In this document: piece after piece, positions 55,776 through 64,000 of the stretch
Layout: each line of letters opens with the position of its first letter
How positions within the stretch are numbered: the first letter of the stretch is position 1
DNA from: a virus
Strand: one strand, 5' to 3'
IMG/VR virus record: IMGVR_UViG_3300031975_001631
Length of the DNA stretch: 64,000 nucleotides
Translations under genes and position numbers: made by a program
Notes under the pieces: generated by a model
What the model saw: only the letters and a program-made list of their open reading frames with translations
Databases searched by the model: none
What the model was told of the DNA's origin: nothing

Positions 55776-57307
55776 TATCCCAACCTCACTACTTTTTGGA
55801 TATCAGTGATTATATTAGAGTTGGAACTTTGACCAAAACTTTCTATGGTTCCCGAATCAGATCCCATATCACTTGAAGCTTGACCACTACTAATATTTAG
55901 AGATGCAAGATCAAATGGAACTACTATAGGTTCTTGTAAAGATCCAGCAGATGCTACCGTTGATGATCTTTTTACTCCCTCTAAAGATGAGACAAGCCTC
56001 TTAGGAGCAGCAACAACTTCTCCAGTAAAAGGAGCAGTGCCAGGGAATCCATATTCCATGGGATTAATTGCATTCTTTCTAGGATATCCGGTAATACCCT
56101 CTGCTTTACCGAGTTCCCAATGCAAGTGTGGTCCACGAGATTTTCCAGTTGATCCTACTCTACCAATGATATCGCCTGGCTTAACCCTGTCTCCTTTCTT
56201 ATATGGGGTCCTTTCCATCATGTGTCCATAAAAATGCTCCAGTCCATTTGCATCCACGAACACAACATAGTTACCATAATTCTTTTCAAATCCTCCATCA
56301 GTGATAGTAGAATTTGACGGAACCGTGAGCGCAGAACCAAACTCCGCAGGAATATCTAATCCCATATGGCCGCGGTTAGCACCAATACCATCTCCTATCC
56401 TATATCCAGGAGGTTTTTTCCCAGTATCTTGGAATATTAATCCAGATGTTTGTGGTTGTACTCCAGAAGAAGGTGCGGGTCTAGCTTGAACAGGAGGTGA
56501 AGGAGGAAGAGTAGTTGGAGGCTGCATAATAGTCTCTACTTGCTGATTGTACTCTTGTTGAGTAATTTCTCCACTGTCTAGTCTTTCCTTAGCTTCTGCA
56601 ATTTGAGTCTGCTGTTTAACACTTCGTCCAGTAGGTATTGCAGATGTTGTTGGCAAAGGATCTAATCCTAGTTTTTTTCTAGCATCAGCAATTTCTGCTT
56701 CACTCTGTGCTTTTAAATCTTCTAGATCTCTAACAGTATCTTTGAATGTAATGTCAACATCTTTTTGAAGTTGGGAGAAATCGTTACCTAAATCTTCCAA
56801 CTCTTTTGTAACTTCCCTTTCACTTGTAAATATTTTTCCAGATATTAAATCTCTGCTTAGTGCAGCAGCTGTATCCATAATGCCTCGCAAGACATTTCCA
56901 AAGCTATTGAAAACTTTAACAATATTATCATACAAATTCTTAACGAAATTAGTTACATCCTCAACAATTACAATAATTCTTGGGAGATTTGCCAATAACC
57001 AATCAAGAAGAATCCAACCAGCTGCTTTCAGTAACCCAGAGAATATACTCTTAGATCCTTTAATAGCAGAAGAAATTCCACCTTTAATAAAATTCTGAGG
57101 TTTTTTTGCCTCTACAATTTTTTCTGCATCTTTTGTTCTTGCAGTGTCAACTTCTAATCTATCAAGACTTAACTTAGTCGTTTCTCTTTGCTTATCTTTT
57201 CTAATCTCCTTACCTAAAGACTTCCTAAGACCTTGAGTGGTCTGCCTAATAGAGAGCAAACCTACATCAACAATATTTAAAGCTTCGTTGGTTGGAATTA
57301 ATTTCAT
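55775..57307 (-). CDS. Coiled-coil tail/hub protein with a C-terminal M23 (LytM) peptidase domain
   Basis: H.GLD (HxxxD), YGNYV, YGHM, GDIIG.VGSTG.S.GPHLHWE (HxH). Confidence 0.85.
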   Translation of the reverse strand: MKLIPTNEALNIVDVGLLSIRQTTQGLRKSLGKEIRKDKQRETTKLSLDRLEVDTARTKDAEKIVEAKKPQNFIKGGISSAIKGSKSIFSGLLKAAGWILLDWLLANLPRIIVIVEDVTNFVKNLYDNIVKVFNSFGNVLRGIMDTAAALSRDLISGKIFTSEREVTKELEDLGNDFSQLQKDVDITFKDTVRDLEDLKAQSEAEIADARKKLGLDPLPTTSAIPTGRSVKQQTQIAEAKERLDSGEITQQEYNQQVETIMQPPTTLPPSPPVQARPAPSSGVQPQTSGLIFQDTGKKPPGYRIGDGIGANRGHMGLDIPAEFGSALTVPSNSTITDGGFEKNYGNYVVFVDANGLEHFYGHMMERTPYKKGDRVKPGDIIGRVGSTGKSRGPHLHWELGKAEGITGYPRKNAINPMEYGFPGTAPFTGEVVAAPKRLVSSLEGVKRSSTVASAGSLQEPIVVPFDLASLNISSGQASSDMGSDSGTIESFGQSSNSNIITDIQKVVRLG

Positions 57308-57310
57308 AAT

Positions 57311-58996
57311 TTATGCTTCATATACTGATCTTGCAAAATTAATCCATTCATTATTTGGATTCGTTGTACGAATATCAGGCAATGCAGTTCCAGATGGAGT
57401 GGATGAAACGGGTTCTCCACTATCACCACTAGGAGATCCAACAGGTTGTACAACTACAAGTGGCACCGATGCTACAGTGCCTTCTACATTATTAAATCGT
57501 GAGCTAACTGGTTCAAGTGAAAACCCAAAATTTGGAGGAATTGGTGCAACTTGCTCTGGTGTTATATTTGTTGGTCCATTCGATTGTGGCATCTGTTGCA
57601 CAGGAGGAGCAACAGTAGATGCAGCAGGAGCACTACTAGTAGGTGGAGTCTCAGCTTTACCAAGACCCTTATTCATTTGCTGAACAATATCGTTTAGATC
57701 AGACAATCTGTTTGGATCCGGTTCACCTCCAAATCTCGGTATTCCTAGAATTCCAGGTTTATCAAGGAACATAGCCTCATCAAACATCCCCACTCTAGCA
57801 TTAAAGAAATTCTTTCCTTGCTCCGTTAACTTAGTATCTCTAATACCCTGGATAAATTCCATAGATTTTATCATACTGGTCTTCAATTTTTCATATTCAT
57901 CATATTTTCTCTTATCTTCTGGACTCAATTTAGACACATCTTTTTGCACCTTTGATAAAGCAAGTCCTACATCTTTATTCAAAGTTTCATATCTACTAGT
58001 ATTTTGGCGCAATACCTTAATAGCAGCAATTATATGATTAAGTTGAACTTTATCTTCATCAGTAATATTCTCACCAATTGCATTTCCATATACTCCATCT
58101 ATAAGTTGCTGTCTTTGGTGCTCAATTTCATTAAGTATTCCAAATGGATCTAAGTAAATTCTTTCAGGAGAAGCTGTAGTTGTACCTCTTAAAGCGGGTT
58201 TTTGCTTGTATATTTTTTCTTCTTCCTCATAAAGCATTTCTAATGTACTCTCTCTTCCATGTTTCAAATAATGATCGATAGTTTTTCGTTTTGATTCTGA
58301 AAAACTACTTCGACCACTTCCGAACCTATCATTTTTAATAATATCAAAAAGTGTGACACCAGCTGCCACAGCTATAGCACCTATCAAAAGATATGGGTTT
58401 GCCAATAACCCTAGGATCTTTGGAATGTTGAGCAGCATTGATGTAAGAACACCACTAATTGTTCCAGTAATTGCACCAATGCCACCATTCAGAGCAAGTG
58501 CAACACCACCAGCAATCGCCAATCCCTTAATAAGATCGTTCTTTATCTTTTCAAAAGCATCATTATCACCCTCTGACCATGCTTCTAAGGCATCTAATCC
58601 TTTTATTCCTAACCACCCTAAGAACAATGCCTCAAGTGCTTTCATAAAGCGACCAAAAGGTCCCATTGCCCGTTTCTTTAAAGCCTCAATTGGTTTAACT
58701 AACCCATTCTTAAGAGCAGATTCAATAAAGTTTTCTTTTGTACCTTTTTTAAGACTATCTGCGGATTCTCTCTTTTGCTTTATCTCTCTCTTATCTTCTT
58801 CTGCATCTTGAGCGTTTCTACCACTAATCAGATCTGCAATTGCAGTTAGATTTCTTTGGATTGCAAAGATGTTTTTGTTTAACGAATTATATTGCTTGAC
58901 AGTCAAGTTCCCCTCAGGAACTCCTGGGTTGTCAACATTACCCTCGGGAGTTCCCTTCTGACCTGGTGGAAGTAGCTTTGTAGGGTCAATAACCAT
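57311..58996 (-). CDS. Helical tail/hub-associated protein (gp29/tape-measure-like, putative)
   Basis: 561 aa, helical with hydrophobic Gly/Ala segments; between gp51 and the M23 protein. Confidence 0.55.
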   Translation of the reverse strand: MVIDPTKLLPPGQKGTPEGNVDNPGVPEGNLTVKQYNSLNKNIFAIQRNLTAIADLISGRNAQDAEEDKREIKQKRESADSLKKGTKENFIESALKNGLVKPIEALKKRAMGPFGRFMKALEALFLGWLGIKGLDALEAWSEGDNDAFEKIKNDLIKGLAIAGGVALALNGGIGAITGTISGVLTSMLLNIPKILGLLANPYLLIGAIAVAAGVTLFDIIKNDRFGSGRSSFSESKRKTIDHYLKHGRESTLEMLYEEEEKIYKQKPALRGTTTASPERIYLDPFGILNEIEHQRQQLIDGVYGNAIGENITDEDKVQLNHIIAAIKVLRQNTSRYETLNKDVGLALSKVQKDVSKLSPEDKRKYDEYEKLKTSMIKSMEFIQGIRDTKLTEQGKNFFNARVGMFDEAMFLDKPGILGIPRFGGEPDPNRLSDLNDIVQQMNKGLGKAETPPTSSAPAASTVAPPVQQMPQSNGPTNITPEQVAPIPPNFGFSLEPVSSRFNNVEGTVASVPLVVVQPVGSPSGDSGEPVSSTPSGTALPDIRTTNPNNEWINFARSVYEA

Positions 58997-59165
58997 TAGA
59001 TTGTTGTGCCTTTAAATTCTGCTCTTCAATAAATGTCTCTAATAAACTAAGATAAATGTCCCTTTCCCAAGGGATCATATTTTCAATATCACTCAAGGAG
59101 TATTTATGATGCTGCATGAGGGCGAAATTAACTTTGTAGTAAGCTACAATATCCTCATGTAACAT
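58986..59165 (-). CDS. gp51: Baseplate hub assembly catalyst gp51 (59 aa)
   Basis: Hand-translated MLHEDIVAYYKVNFALMQHHKYSLSDIENMIPWERDIYLSLL; follows gp26. Confidence 0.85.
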   Translation of the reverse strand: MLHEDIVAYYKVNFALMQHHKYSLSDIENMIPWERDIYLSLLETFIEEQNLKAQQSNGY

Positions 59166-59167
59166 CG

Positions 59168-59881
59168 CTAGCTGAAAAAAGATGCTAATCCCTCAAGTAC
59201 GATCTCATTTTCTACATTAGTATTCGGGTTCTCAAATTTAACAGTATGAGAAAGCTTAGGCATAGTATTAAAGAAGGATTCGATTTGTTTGAACTGAGAA
59301 GAATTCAAACCCTCAATAAATTCAATCCATTCCTTCTTAGGTGTATCCTTTGACTCCCAAGTCTCATCATCCGAGTAAATCATATCAACACAGGATGCAA
59401 TGACATCGAATGATGCATTGAGATCAAGACCGGCACCAAAATTTTGACTGATGAACTCTCCAAGAGATGGATACTTCATCCTCAGAGTTAAAGTATCATC
59501 TAATTTGATATCTCGATTATGTTCAGGATAATCAATAACCTGAATTTCATCAATATAGACTGTCAAGGGAACTTTAGTTTCTCCATCATCCTGACAGGTA
59601 ACAATAACATCAATAGATTCTCCAACTGACTTTCCACGAACATTCAAAAATAGATATTCGATATCAAAAGTAGAGAGTTCATTTACTTTCACACCACGAG
59701 TGATGATACATGCGGTGAGAACATCTTTGATAGCTCTCGCAATCTGTTCAATGTCCTCGCTCTCCATAGCCAAAACAAGAACTTTTTCTTCTTTGACTAG
59801 GAATGGGCGATACTTAATTTTTTTCTTTGTGGACGGAATAACCAACTCAAATGTCGGAGTTGCAATCTTTGGTAAAGACAT
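59168..59881 (-). CDS. gp26: Baseplate hub subunit gp26
   Basis: MSLPKI.TP.FEL..PS..KKIKYRPFLVKEEK.L, FDIEYLFLN.RGKSVGE, FF.TMPKL, LEGLASFF. Confidence 0.92.
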   Translation of the reverse strand: MSLPKIATPTFELVIPSTKKKIKYRPFLVKEEKVLVLAMESEDIEQIARAIKDVLTACIITRGVKVNELSTFDIEYLFLNVRGKSVGESIDVIVTCQDDGETKVPLTVYIDEIQVIDYPEHNRDIKLDDTLTLRMKYPSLGEFISQNFGAGLDLNASFDVIASCVDMIYSDDETWESKDTPKKEWIEFIEGLNSSQFKQIESFFNTMPKLSHTVKFENPNTNVENEIVLEGLASFFS

Positions 59882-59900
59882 AATAATTGTTCAGTAATTT

Positions 59901-59908
59901 TATTTATT
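59901..59908 (-). promoter_or_regulatory. Late-promoter-like AATAAATA upstream of gp26
   Basis: 20 nt before the ATG. Confidence 0.55.
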
Positions 59909-60710
59909 AGGGTCTAAAAGGTATTACCTCAAGAGGTTGAACCCTAGGAGGGTTATTTTGATCAGTTTTTGCAGCTAGTCCACTATCTCCATTAGGATCA
60001 CTGGAGTATTCTCTCCCCGTCGTTCTCTCATATTCTTTCTTATCCTCCACAGACCATTGAGTTGAAACCTCTCTCTGATCTGAACGGGTATCTAAACTAC
60101 CAATACTTCCAAGAACATACCTATCATAACTGAAAGTCACAGTAATTTCTAGAACTCGATTAGTTCCATAATCTACTGCAGATGGGACGATATTAACTGG
60201 GAACGCATTGATAAAGGTATAGTCTATCTTCTGGAAGTGGTCTTTGTCAAACTTACTTACACCCATTTGACTACACTTATAGTTGTCGGGAAACAACATT
60301 CTACTGTAATAGGCTCTTTTATCTTGACTTACTTCTCCACCACTTGCAATAAATTCTTGCCATAGTTGGAAGAACTTTAACACAAGATAGTTCTTATCAA
60401 CAATAAAGGTGAATGAACTATCGGTAAAGACTCTTGTGTGGGCATACTTTTGGACAATACCCATGTAATTGCCTTTTATTTGTGCGGTAGCAAAAGCAGC
60501 ACCAGGAAGTTCTGCTCCCTTACACAACAAATTTAACTCCCTGGTAAGAAAATACCGAGAAAGTAAAGGTTCCTTCGCTTGAACATAATTTAATAAACCG
60601 GTTGGGAAAGCCAGAAGTTGAAACTCGAAATGATTCGTTGTAGCTACATTCGTAAACAACGATTTTATTTCTGTTGTAGTTCTCTTCCTGGGGTAATTTC
60701 GTCGTGGCAC
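59907..60710 (-). CDS. Tail tube initiator/tube-fold protein (gp54/gp19-like)
   Basis: LLCKGAELPG, FTFIVD, LSKFDKD...YTFINAFPVNI, V.FSYDRY: tail-tube fold pattern. Confidence 0.65.
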   Translation of the reverse strand: MPRRNYPRKRTTTEIKSLFTNVATTNHFEFQLLAFPTGLLNYVQAKEPLLSRYFLTRELNLLCKGAELPGAAFATAQIKGNYMGIVQKYAHTRVFTDSSFTFIVDKNYLVLKFFQLWQEFIASGGEVSQDKRAYYSRMLFPDNYKCSQMGVSKFDKDHFQKIDYTFINAFPVNIVPSAVDYGTNRVLEITVTFSYDRYVLGSIGSLDTRSDQREVSTQWSVEDKKEYERTTGREYSSDPNGDSGLAAKTDQNNPPRVQPLEVIPFRP

Positions 60711-60739
60711 ACTAAATACCTTAGGTTAAATATTTTATA

Positions 60740-61174
60740 ATGGCGTATAGAGGTAGATTTCAACCTAGCAATATTGAAAAATATCGAGGAGACCATCGCT
60801 CTATTATTTATCGCAGTTTATGGGAACGAAAGTTCATGGTTTACTGTGATAGAAATGAAAACATTCTTGAATGGGGCAGTGAGGAGATTGTTATCCCATA
60901 TCGTTCTCCTCTAGATGGAAGAATTCATAGATATTTTCCAGATTTCTATATCAAAGTTCGCGAAAACACGGGAGATATTAAAAGATATATTATAGAAGTG
61001 AAACCAAAAAAGCAGTGTATTGAACCAAAGGTACAAAAGCAACGAACTAAAACATACATCCGTGAAGTTGCTGAGTATGCTAAAAATCAAGCGAAGTGGA
61101 AAGCTGCTACTGAATATTGTAAGGATAGATTATTTCAATTTAAAATCTTAACAGAGGACAATTTAGGTGTATGA
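60740..61174 (+). CDS. gp4: Head completion nuclease gp4
   Basis: MAYRGRF.PSN.EKYRGD...IIYRSLWE..FM.YCD, HRYFPDF, IEVKP, NQAKWKAA. Confidence 0.95.
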   Translation: MAYRGRFQPSNIEKYRGDHRSIIYRSLWERKFMVYCDRNENILEWGSEEIVIPYRSPLDGRIHRYFPDFYIKVRENTGDIKRYIIEVKPKKQCIEPKVQKQRTKTYIREVAEYAKNQAKWKAATEYCKDRLFQFKILTEDNLGV

Positions 61175-61518
61175 GTAGGTTACAACCCATAGTAGATGAA
61201 CTTATCGGTTTAGAACAACCAGAAGATATTTTCACTAAGATTATGGAAGTTTTAGACAATCTAGAAATTATTCCAGAAGGAGGAAAATTCTATACTTTTA
61301 TATACAAAGCAAAGACACCAAACATAAAATATGATGAGTTTCCACTAATTGCCTGCACTAGTGTAGATAAATGGGGATTCACTGGATTTAACTTTCATTG
61401 GAATCTAACAAGAAACTATACTTGGGAAGAATGCCAAAGTCAGTTATATGTTATTGAGGCTAATGAACTTGAAGATGCCAGATCTTTATCATATGCAAAA
61501 TTCAAAATGTCCACATAA
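61171..61518 (+). CDS. DNA end protector gp2-like protein
   Basis: GKFYTFIY.AKTP.I.YD.FPLI.......GF.GFNFHW; adjacent to gp4. Confidence 0.65.
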   Translation: MSRLQPIVDELIGLEQPEDIFTKIMEVLDNLEIIPEGGKFYTFIYKAKTPNIKYDEFPLIACTSVDKWGFTGFNFHWNLTRNYTWEECQSQLYVIEANELEDARSLSYAKFKMST

Positions 61519-61521
61519 ATA
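61514..61521 (+). promoter_or_regulatory. Late-promoter-like CATAAATA upstream of gp48
   Basis: Overlaps the upstream stop codon, 17 nt before the ATG. Confidence 0.55.
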
Positions 61522-61537
61522 ACTAATAAAAAAACGG

Positions 61538-62461
61538 ATGGCTCATCCACAACTGCTTAGATATCCTCTCGATATTATAGACTCCACAACAGACTATATG
61601 TTTTTGGAGGTTATGGAATATGTGCCTTCAAAAGTACCTACTTTTGACCCAGGTAGTGGTAGAAGAAAACCGGGAACAGGAACTGATGTTTTTAAATCGG
61701 CAGGTACGAAAGCAAAACAAAGTATTATCTTACCAATACCAAATTCTATCGCATCAGTAAACAGAACTGGTTGGGGAGAAAGTAGAATATCTGCACTTGC
61801 TGGTTCAGGACTCAAGGCAGCAGGATTGTTAGTTGATGCAGCTACGGGTAAACTTCCTGAGGGTAGCAGTTTAGGTGAAACAGCTGCTGATTTTGCCGCC
61901 AGCGAAGCTTCAGGGTTGGGTGGCGGTACCGGTACTGGATTTGATTTGTATAGAAAATATTTTAAAACACAAGCTCAGAGAGCGATTGTTAATGCAGTTG
62001 CAGGAACTTCGATTGGATTAAATGATGTTCTTGGTAGACAAGAGGGTCAGATTATAAATCAAAATGTAGAACTACTGTTCAATAGTGTGTCTATTAGACC
62101 TTTTGGATTCAACTGGGATTTGACTCCTAGAAATATAAATGAGTCAAAATCAGTCCTACAAATCATAAAAACTCTTAAAAGGACATCTGCAGCAAAGTCA
62201 ATAAAAGGTAAAAACGCATTCTTACAAGCACCGGATGTTTTTAGACTCAGCTATAAGAAAGGAACTGCAGATCAAAAATATCTGAATAAATTTAAATTAT
62301 GTGCCCTAACAAGTGTTGGAGTAGATTACACGGGTTCTGGTATTCACGCAACATATAATGATGGGACACCGATTCATTATAGGTTGAATTTATCATTTAC
62401 TGAGCTTGAACCAGTATATGCCGAAGATTATGACGACAACTACAACGACGCAGGATTCTAA
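61538..62461 (+). CDS. gp48: Baseplate tail tube cap gp48
   Basis: LRYP, IILPIPN, INQNVELLF..V..RPF.F.W...PRN..ES, P.VF.L.Y, CALTSV.VDY, L.L.F.ELEP. Confidence 0.9.
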   Translation: MAHPQLLRYPLDIIDSTTDYMFLEVMEYVPSKVPTFDPGSGRRKPGTGTDVFKSAGTKAKQSIILPIPNSIASVNRTGWGESRISALAGSGLKAAGLLVDAATGKLPEGSSLGETAADFAASEASGLGGGTGTGFDLYRKYFKTQAQRAIVNAVAGTSIGLNDVLGRQEGQIINQNVELLFNSVSIRPFGFNWDLTPRNINESKSVLQIIKTLKRTSAAKSIKGKNAFLQAPDVFRLSYKKGTADQKYLNKFKLCALTSVGVDYTGSGIHATYNDGTPIHYRLNLSFTELEPVYAEDYDDNYNDAGF

Positions 62462-63102
62462 TGGCTAGTCACTCATACTTCAATCTTTTACCAAACTTCC
62501 AATACCTCAACCCCAATCAATCTGGTGGTAGAAAGAAGCAATATGTAGAGGTAAAGAATCTTTTTACGCGAATGAAGATCAGAGACTCTGTTTCTGAGTT
62601 TGCAACTAACCTGACAAAATACGATATTGATGAAAATCAACGACCTGATGATGTCGCTAATGAATTATATGGCGATCCAAATTATGATTGGGTAGTTTTA
62701 TTGACTGCCAATATCATCAATGTCAGAGATGAATGGCCATTATCATCTAGACAACTATATGATGTTATGTATGACAAGTATGAGGAAAATCTAAATTCTA
62801 CTCGTCACTATGAGACAAAAGAAACAAAAGATTCTCAAGGAAGACTTTTAATTCCTGGCGGTCAGGTTGTTGATTCCACATTTAGAATCCCAAACCCAGA
62901 CTCTCCTGGTCAAGATATTAACCCAACTGTTGGAGTTTCTAATTGGCTAGTGGAAGTAAGAAAAAACAATAAAAAACGAACGATAAGAGTACTCAGAAGT
63001 GAATACTTAACATCGTTCGTTAATGAATTTAGAGATTTTCTAGAATATCAAGAATCTTCTCAGTTTGATCCTCAGACTGGAATTAAAATTGCTTCTGACT
63101 AA
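62461..63102 (+). CDS. gp53: Baseplate wedge subunit gp53
   Basis: YF..LPNFQY, RPDDVA.ELYGD..YDWVVLL..NI......WPL, N.KKR.I.VLR. Confidence 0.9.
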   Translation: MASHSYFNLLPNFQYLNPNQSGGRKKQYVEVKNLFTRMKIRDSVSEFATNLTKYDIDENQRPDDVANELYGDPNYDWVVLLTANIINVRDEWPLSSRQLYDVMYDKYEENLNSTRHYETKETKDSQGRLLIPGGQVVDSTFRIPNPDSPGQDINPTVGVSNWLVEVRKNNKKRTIRVLRSEYLTSFVNEFRDFLEYQESSQFDPQTGIKIASD

Positions 63103-63503
63103 AGAAGTGCTTCTAGTTGTGATGCCGTAGTTGCAGAATTAATATCAGAATAGGGTACAACAGGATTATCTTTCAGTACTGGAGATTCTCCCTTCATTTC
63201 TGCTAGTGCTGTAATCTCTTGATTCTCGGTTCTGATCTGCAGATACCGACTTTCCAGCTCTTTCTGGCACAGATTTTTTGCACTTACAAGATCCACATCC
63301 ACAGCTGAATTTGAGTGGTTGTATTTCCATGCGTTTCTGAATACTGTAGAGGGCAATTCGGTATGAGAGATCATCGAGTACTCTGATGTAGGTACATCCT
63401 TAGAGATGATATCTATATCAGAGAGAATGCACTGATCTGACGGAATGACGACATTACAAAACCCGTCAGGGCCATTATAAACAATTACTTGAGTGCGTGA
63501 CAT
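63099..63503 (-). CDS. Hypothetical protein of a family often found beside tail-fibre genes
   Basis: VVIP....L....II.KDVP...Y..I....LP...FRNAW pattern. Confidence 0.65.
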   Translation of the reverse strand: MSRTQVIVYNGPDGFCNVVIPSDQCILSDIDIISKDVPTSEYSMISHTELPSTVFRNAWKYNHSNSAVDVDLVSAKNLCQKELESRYLQIRTENQEITALAEMKGESPVLKDNPVVPYSDINSATTASQLEALL

Positions 63504-63505
63504 TA

Positions 63506-63664
63506 TCAGGCAGAAACAACTACAATATTCTGAGCAGACGGGAAGAGTTGCGTTACTCTTGTTTCTGCCATACTAGCAGATTCAGCAATTACTTCAAGTC
63601 TTTGAGTATTGGTATTGTCACCATCATCGTATGTGACAATATATCTATTACCGGAGAAAGACAT
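63506..63664 (-). CDS. Small hypothetical protein (52 aa)
   Basis: Hand-translated MSFSGNRYIVTYDDGDNTNTQRLEVIAESASMAETRVTQLFPSAQNIVVVSA. Confidence 0.55.
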   Translation of the reverse strand: MSFSGNRYIVTYDDGDNTNTQRLEVIAESASMAETRVTQLFPSAQNIVVVSA

Positions 63665-63676
63665 TTTTAGCTAGAA

Positions 63677-63705
63677 AAAAACTACGAAAGGGAGGTCTCC
63701 CTCCC
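63677..63705 (-). terminator. Terminator after gp32
   Basis: GGGAGG-GAGA-CCTCCC hairpin followed by TTTCGTAGTTTT. Confidence 0.7.
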
Positions 63706-63707
63706 TA

Positions 63708-63715
63708 TATTTATA
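63708..63715 (-). promoter_or_regulatory. T4-type late promoter TATAAATA
   Basis: Exact consensus between the gp32 stop and the hairpin. Confidence 0.55.
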
Positions 63716-64000
63716 TCATTCCTCTGCAAGACGCTGGAAATAGGACAGAGCGTCATCATCTTCTGTAGATCCACCCATATCAACCTTACCGGCGATTGGG
63801 TCATTTACTACAGGTTGTGCTTCTTCATCCATAACCTCAGGGTCAGGAGCTTTAGGAGTAGAAGATCCAAGAACATAGTTCAAACGAGTCTTCAGTTCAT
63901 CATAGGATTTGAACTGAGAAGGATCAACTAACTCTGCAAGAGAATACTCTTTCTTCCAAATTGCTTCCATAGCATCATCATCATCCAGGAGAGGTGCTTG
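63716..64000 (-). CDS. gp32: Single-stranded DNA-binding protein gp32, 3' end (5' part outside the window)
   Basis: QFKSYDELKTRLNYVL and acidic tail DDDALSYFQRLAEE. Confidence 0.92.
   Translation of the reverse strand, partial: QAPLLDDDDAMEAIWKKEYSLAELVDPSQFKSYDELKTRLNYVLGSSTPKAPDPEVMDEEAQPVVNDPIAGKVDMGGSTEDDDALSYFQRLAEE

Noticed and set aside
58353-58811. 152-aa plus-strand ORF and similar ORFs at 55111-57683
   Set aside because: They are antisense shadows of hub genes.
1-64000. Introns, inteins, reverse transcriptase/DGR, transposases and rRNA
   Set aside because: No interrupted core genes or such motifs were recognised by eye; small or divergent elements could have been missed.

Overview
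A 64-kb segment of a T4-like marine cyanomyophage (Synechococcus/Prochlorococcus-type). Nearly all genes are on the minus strand. (1) 1-20.2 kb: baseplate block with a DUF4815-type virion protein cut by the window edge, gp8, a 4046-aa gp7, gp6 and gp25, with T4-type late promoters. (2) 20.3-22.7 kb: small conserved ORFs, a GT-A glycosyltransferase and an AbrB-like ORF. (3) 22.7-23.2 kb: a non-coding island with back-to-back sigma70 promoters and helically phased CTCAGA repeats, a candidate replication origin. (4) 23.2-35.8 kb: an accessory region of many small ORFs. At least nine of its sigma70-like promoters share an upstream CA(G/C)TT-N5-A(C/G)TG motif at near-fixed spacing. It also holds a HicA-like ORF, a tail-lysozyme-like ORF, an SF2 helicase, a restriction-type nuclease, a degenerate Trp-halogenase homologue and a KxDG ligase-like protein. 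(5) 35.8-46.1 kb: tail-fibre operon ending in a Gly-X-Pro-rich adhesin-like gene and a 2OG-Fe(II) oxygenase. (6) 46.1-50.7 kb: a cluster of signal-peptide genes, tRNA-Leu(UAA), a C-N hydrolase and talC. (7) 50.7-64 kb: gp5 region, cp12, hub proteins (one with an M23 peptidase), gp51, gp26, gp4, gp2-like, gp48, gp53 and the 3' end of gp32. Family calls come from motif recognition by eye; no database searches were run.
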